The notes under the pieces are model-generated. The model made no database searches. It worked only from the letters and a program-made list of their open reading frames with translations, and was not told where the DNA came from. A DNA stretch of 64,000 nt from an uncultured Candidatus Rokubacteria bacterium (lineage in GTDB: Bacteria > Methylomirabilota > Methylomirabilia > Rokubacteriales > CSP1-6): contig CAVYTA010000006.1 of the NCBI GenBank assembly GCA_963771355.1, forward strand, positions 1,920,001 through 1,984,000, in the 5' to 3' direction. The position numbers were made by a program, and so were the translations under genes. Position 1 is the first letter of the stretch; each line of letters starts with the position of its first letter. Shown one piece after another: positions 60,315-64,000 of this stretch.

Positions 60315-60769
60315 CCGGTGAGCCGCTCGATCAGCGCCGCGTGCTGGGGAAACGCGGCGAGCAATACGTCCCGACGCGCCAGCTCGAGATCGGCGAAGTC
60401 GAAGCCCGGCGCCACCGTGCAGCCGACCAGCGCATAGGTCTCCGCCGACGCCAGCGCGGCGCCGAACCAGTGGCCGGCGGGCACCACGCCCTGGGGCGCC
60501 TGCCCCGCGTCCAGGTCCCCACCCAGCGTGAATTCCGTGAGCGTGCCGGCGGGCGCAATCGCGGACACGGTGAGCGGGCCGCCCGCGTAGAAGTGCCAGA
60601 GCTCGTCCGAGCGGATGCGGTGGAGCCGGGAGACCTGGCGGCCTTCGAGGAGGAAATAGATCGCGGTGGAGACGTTGGCGGGGCCGCGATAGGTTTCGCG
60701 GTAGTGACCTCCCTCCGGATGCGGAGTCAGGCGGAGGGAGCGGATCCAGCGCGCGGCGGCGGCGTGCAC
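60311..60769 (-). CDS. Cupin-5 (DUF985) family protein
   Basis: L.PHPEGG.YRET, TAIYFLL, HRIRSDELWHFY.G, GCTVAPGFDF. Confidence 0.9.
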   Translation of the reverse strand: MHAAAARWIRSLRLTPHPEGGHYRETYRGPANVSTAIYFLLEGRQVSRLHRIRSDELWHFYAGGPLTVSAIAPAGTLTEFTLGGDLDAGQAPQGVVPAGHWFGAALASAETYALVGCTVAPGFDFADLELARRDVLLAAFPQHAALIERLTG

Positions 60770-60787
60770 GCCCGGCGCGATGGCGAG

Positions 60788-62551
60788 TTACCAGCCGATG
60801 GCGTGGCCCCCACGGCGCGGATCGGCGCCGCCGTGGCGGGTGCCGTCGGGGCCGACCACGATGGCGCACACCGCGCCCGCGCGCCAGTCCCACTCCGGCC
60901 ACTCGCTCACCACGTGGCCGAGCGCGGCCAGGGCCTCGCGGGTCGCCGCCGGCATGCGGCGCTCGATCTCGAGCACGCCCGGCGCGTCGGGATGCGGCCA
61001 GAAGGAATCCGGGAAGGAGCGCGTGGCCAGGCGGGGCGCTTCGATGGCCCGCTGCACCGGCATGCCGTACGCGGTCACGTTGAGGAAGACCTGCAGCATG
61101 GCCTGCTGCTGCACGTCGCCGCCGGGCGTGCCGAACGGCATGAAGAGCTTGCCGTCCTTGAAGGCCATGGCCGGCGCCGGCGTGAGACGGGGGCGCTTGC
61201 CGGGCGCCACCTCGCTGGGATGGCCCGGCGCGAGCCAGCCCTGCGAGCCACGCGGCGAGACCACACAGCCCACTCCCGGCACCACCGGCGAGTCCACGCA
61301 CGGATCGCTGGGGGTAGACGAGAAGCCGTTACCCTGCTCGTCCACCACGCACACGTAGGAGGTGTCCAGCGCCCCGCTGATCCCCTTGGGCCCGGGCGGC
61401 GTCGGCGAGGCGCCGTTCTTCACCGCGGCCAGCCCGTAGGGATCCCCGGCGGGCGGCAGCGTGGTCCAGGCGCGATCCTCGTGGATCAGCGCGCGGCGGG
61501 CCTTGGCGTAGACCTTCGAGAGGAGACCGTCCGCGGGGACCTTCACGTGCTTGGGGTCGCCGTAGTAGGTCTCGCGGTCGGCGAAGGCGACCTTCATCGC
61601 CTCCACGATCAGGTGAAGCGCCCGCGGGGAGTTGTGGCCGAGGGCGGCGAGGTCATAGCCCTCGAGGAGATTCAACATCTGGAGCAGCACCGGTCCCTGG
61701 CCGGAGAAGCCGCAGGCCGCCACCTCGTACTCGTGAAAGCTCGTCTTCAGCGCCGGCGCGACCTCGACCGAAAACTCGGCGAGATCGTTCGCGCGGAGGA
61801 GCCCCCCCGCCTTCTCGTGATAGGCCACGATGCGCCGGGCGATCTCGCCCCGGTAGAACACGTCGCGCGCGGCGCGGATGGCCTTCACCCGGCCCTGGCG
61901 CCGGGCTTTCGCCTCGGCGTCCATCATGAGCTTGATGCTCCCCGCCAGCTCGCGCTCCACGAGGATCTGGCCGGCCTTGGGGGGCTTGCCGCCGGGCAGG
62001 TACAGTGCGGCGGAGGTGGGCCACCGCGCCATCTTCTCCGCGCTCCGCTCGAACATCGCGGCGCTGAAGATCGAGACCGGATAGCCGTTCTTCGCGCACT
62101 CGTACGCCGGCGCAGCAACCTCGGCGAAGCTCTTGGTGCCCCAGCGCGCGAGCGCCGCGCACCAGGCGTCCGGCGTGGCGGGGACGACGGTGCGCTGAAT
62201 GCCGGTGGGGATCTCGCCGCCGCACCGGGTCCGGTAGTACTCGGCGGACGCCAGGCGCGGATAGGGCCCGACGCCGGTCACCTCGTAGGTCTTCCGCGAC
62301 CTCGCCACATGCACCAGGATGGGACCCACGCCGGCAAAGCTCACCATGTCCGGGTGCACCACCCCGAGCATCATTCCCGCGGCAGCGCCGGCGTCGATCG
62401 CGTTGCCGCCGGCCTCCAGGATGCGCGCCGCCGCCTGGGCGGCGAGCGGATGGCCGGCCGCAACCATCCAGCGGCGGCCCATGACCTGATTCATGACTCC
62501 GGAGGCGGCCTGCGGCATGTGCTTCTGGCTCTGCGCGGCATCTAGGCTCAT
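60788..62551 (-). CDS. ggt: Gamma-glutamyltransferase family protein (cytoplasmic)
   Basis: GGNAIDA, AFADR..Y.GDP, autocleavage site LDTSYVCVVD..GN, FGTPGG, GADPRR; no signal peptide. Confidence 0.9.
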   Translation of the reverse strand: MSLDAAQSQKHMPQAASGVMNQVMGRRWMVAAGHPLAAQAAARILEAGGNAIDAGAAAGMMLGVVHPDMVSFAGVGPILVHVARSRKTYEVTGVGPYPRLASAEYYRTRCGGEIPTGIQRTVVPATPDAWCAALARWGTKSFAEVAAPAYECAKNGYPVSIFSAAMFERSAEKMARWPTSAALYLPGGKPPKAGQILVERELAGSIKLMMDAEAKARRQGRVKAIRAARDVFYRGEIARRIVAYHEKAGGLLRANDLAEFSVEVAPALKTSFHEYEVAACGFSGQGPVLLQMLNLLEGYDLAALGHNSPRALHLIVEAMKVAFADRETYYGDPKHVKVPADGLLSKVYAKARRALIHEDRAWTTLPPAGDPYGLAAVKNGASPTPPGPKGISGALDTSYVCVVDEQGNGFSSTPSDPCVDSPVVPGVGCVVSPRGSQGWLAPGHPSEVAPGKRPRLTPAPAMAFKDGKLFMPFGTPGGDVQQQAMLQVFLNVTAYGMPVQRAIEAPRLATRSFPDSFWPHPDAPGVLEIERRMPAATREALAALGHVVSEWPEWDWRAGAVCAIVVGPDGTRHGGADPRRGGHAIGW

Positions 62552-62558
62552 GGTCCGT

Positions 62559-62568
62559 ATGGTAACAT
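62559..62568. promoter_or_regulatory. Overlapping bidirectional extended -10 promoter for two leaderless genes
   Basis: Plus strand TG-G-TAACAT-N6-ATG(62575); minus strand TG-T-TACCAT-N7-ATG(62551). Confidence 0.6.
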
Positions 62569-62574
62569 AGCGAC

Positions 62575-63309
62575 ATGTCTACGTTCCCGCTGATCGGCGT
62601 GAGCATGTCCATCACGGTCACGACGTCTCCCGAGCGGGCATACGTGAACTCGACCTACCTCAACGCGATCCAGCAGGCCGGCGGCGTGCCCGTCGCGCTG
62701 CCCGCGCAGCTGTCCCCGCGCTCGTGGGAACGGCTGGCGGCCGGGCTCGACGGCCTTTTGCTGACGGGTGGCGGCGATATCGATCCCGCGCTCTTCGGCG
62801 AGGCGCCGTCTCCCACCCTCTACGACGTGGCGCCGATCCGCGACACGTTCGAGACCGCCGCCGCGCGCTGGGCCCTCGAGCGCGGGGTGCCGCTCCTCTG
62901 CATTTGCCGCGGCCTGCAGGTGCTCAACGTGGCGCTGGGCGGCAGCCTCCACCAGGATGTGGCCACGGAGCCCGGCACCCAGCTGGAGCACAGCCAGAAG
63001 GGGCCGCGTGATGAGCCGACCCACAAGGTGACGGTGACGCCCGGCAGCCGCCTGGCCGAGGTGCTGGGCGCCGACGAGGTCGAGGTGAACAGCATGCACC
63101 ACCAGGGCATCAAGACCCTGGGCCGCGGCCTCACCGCCAGCGCCTGGGCACCCGATCAGCTCGTCGAGGGCGTGGAGCTACCGCACGACAATCGTTTCAT
63201 CTTGGGCGTGCAGTGGCATCCCGAAGAGCTGATCGGACACTCCGAGCCCGCGCGCCGCCTCTTCTCCGCCCTCGTCACGTACGCCGCCCGCGCGCGCGAC
63301 CGCAAGTAA
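62575..63309 (+). CDS. Gamma-glutamyl-gamma-aminobutyrate hydrolase family (peptidase C26, PuuD-like)
   Basis: DGLLLTGGGDIDP, CICRGLQVLNVALGG, VNSMHHQ, GVQWHPE. Confidence 0.9.
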   Translation: MSTFPLIGVSMSITVTTSPERAYVNSTYLNAIQQAGGVPVALPAQLSPRSWERLAAGLDGLLLTGGGDIDPALFGEAPSPTLYDVAPIRDTFETAAARWALERGVPLLCICRGLQVLNVALGGSLHQDVATEPGTQLEHSQKGPRDEPTHKVTVTPGSRLAEVLGADEVEVNSMHHQGIKTLGRGLTASAWAPDQLVEGVELPHDNRFILGVQWHPEELIGHSEPARRLFSALVTYAARARDRK

Positions 63310-63349
63310 CCCTGCCCGGCCCCGGGCTCCGGGGCGCCCGGAGGATTTC

Positions 63350-64000
63350 ATGCCCAAGACTCGTGGCACCGGCCTCCTGATGCTGTGGACCGACGTGGAC
63401 GCCGCCCACGAGGCGGAGTTCAACCGCTGGTACAACGAGGAGCATCTCCACCATCTCCTCAAGGTGCCCGGCTTTCTCTCCGCGGCACGCTACGAAGCCA
63501 TCTCGGGGGGGCCGAAATATCTCGCCATGTACGAGCTGGAAGAGGTGAGCGTACTGCGCACGGGGGCCTTCCTCGACGAGGTGCGCTTTCGCCCCTCGCC
63601 CTGGCGGACCAAGGCGTCCGGCGGGCATGTCGGACGCAACTATCTCGTGCAGGGCTACCGGCAGATCTTCCCCGCCCGGACCAACCCGATCGAGCTCACC
63701 ATGGGCCCGTCGCCGTATCTGCAGATGGGCCGCATGGACATCCCCGCGGCGATGGAAGAGGAGTGGAACGCCTGGTACAACGCCGTCTACGTCCCCGACT
63801 ACCTCGGCGTGCCCGGCGTCATCCGGGCCCGGCGCTACATGGTGGTGGACGGCCAGCCGAAGTACCTGACCCTCTATGAATTCGAGCGCGCGGACGTGCC
63901 GAGGAGCGAGGCCTGGAACCGGGTCCGCGATCTCAATCCCTGGACCCATCGCATCCGTCCCTTCATGAAGCTCGACGCGGGATCTCCGGCGGTGTTCAAG
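63350..64000 (+). CDS. Two-domain EthD/DUF4286-like dimeric alpha/beta-barrel protein, 3'-truncated
   Basis: RBS GGAGG; repeated module E.EFN.WY..EH...VPGF..A.RY...PKYL..YE; frame open to the window end; absent from the ORF track. Confidence 0.8.
   Translation, partial: MPKTRGTGLLMLWTDVDAAHEAEFNRWYNEEHLHHLLKVPGFLSAARYEAISGGPKYLAMYELEEVSVLRTGAFLDEVRFRPSPWRTKASGGHVGRNYLVQGYRQIFPARTNPIELTMGPSPYLQMGRMDIPAAMEEEWNAWYNAVYVPDYLGVPGVIRARRYMVVDGQPKYLTLYEFERADVPRSEAWNRVRDLNPWTHRIRPFMKLDAGSPAVFK

Overview
This is a very GC-rich, gene-dense bacterial chromosome segment with about 65 CDS. I see no rRNA, tRNA, CRISPR array, intact transposase, integrase or phage genes. The many Liv-type ABC cassettes, LLM oxidoreductases and G-rich palindromic repeats resemble Rokubacteria/Methylomirabilota, but that assignment is inference only. 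Contents in order: (1) HAD hydrolase, TPMT/halide-methyltransferase-like enzyme and an EamA transporter; (2) a Liv-type ABC operon; (3) orphan ParB-domain protein, PhhB, SDR and an exported M16 protease pair; (4) a solo Cas4/RecB-like Fe-S nuclease coupled to a HAD phosphatase, divergent from a sigma54-type promoter upstream of a 48-aa secreted peptide; (5) a Tat-exported metallo-beta-lactamase-fold hydrolase and a MacAB-like exporter; (6) two convergent catabolic operons (19.6-33.9 kb and 33.9-43.1 kb) with no local regulator; (7) a squalene-synthase-like gene, MFS, LLM, PhzF-like protein, M23 peptidase and PAC2 protein; (8) a ftsH-degQ-paaI-dnaJ-clpB proteostasis operon; (9) cupins and a head-to-head GGT / gamma-glutamyl hydrolase pair. 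Notable non-coding signals: small palindromic elements at stop/start junctions with apparent target-site duplications, one of them sitting in-frame inside a protein, and a recurring leaderless-promoter architecture including an overlapping bidirectional promoter. Four genes carry single-base +1 frameshifts, probably sequencing errors.
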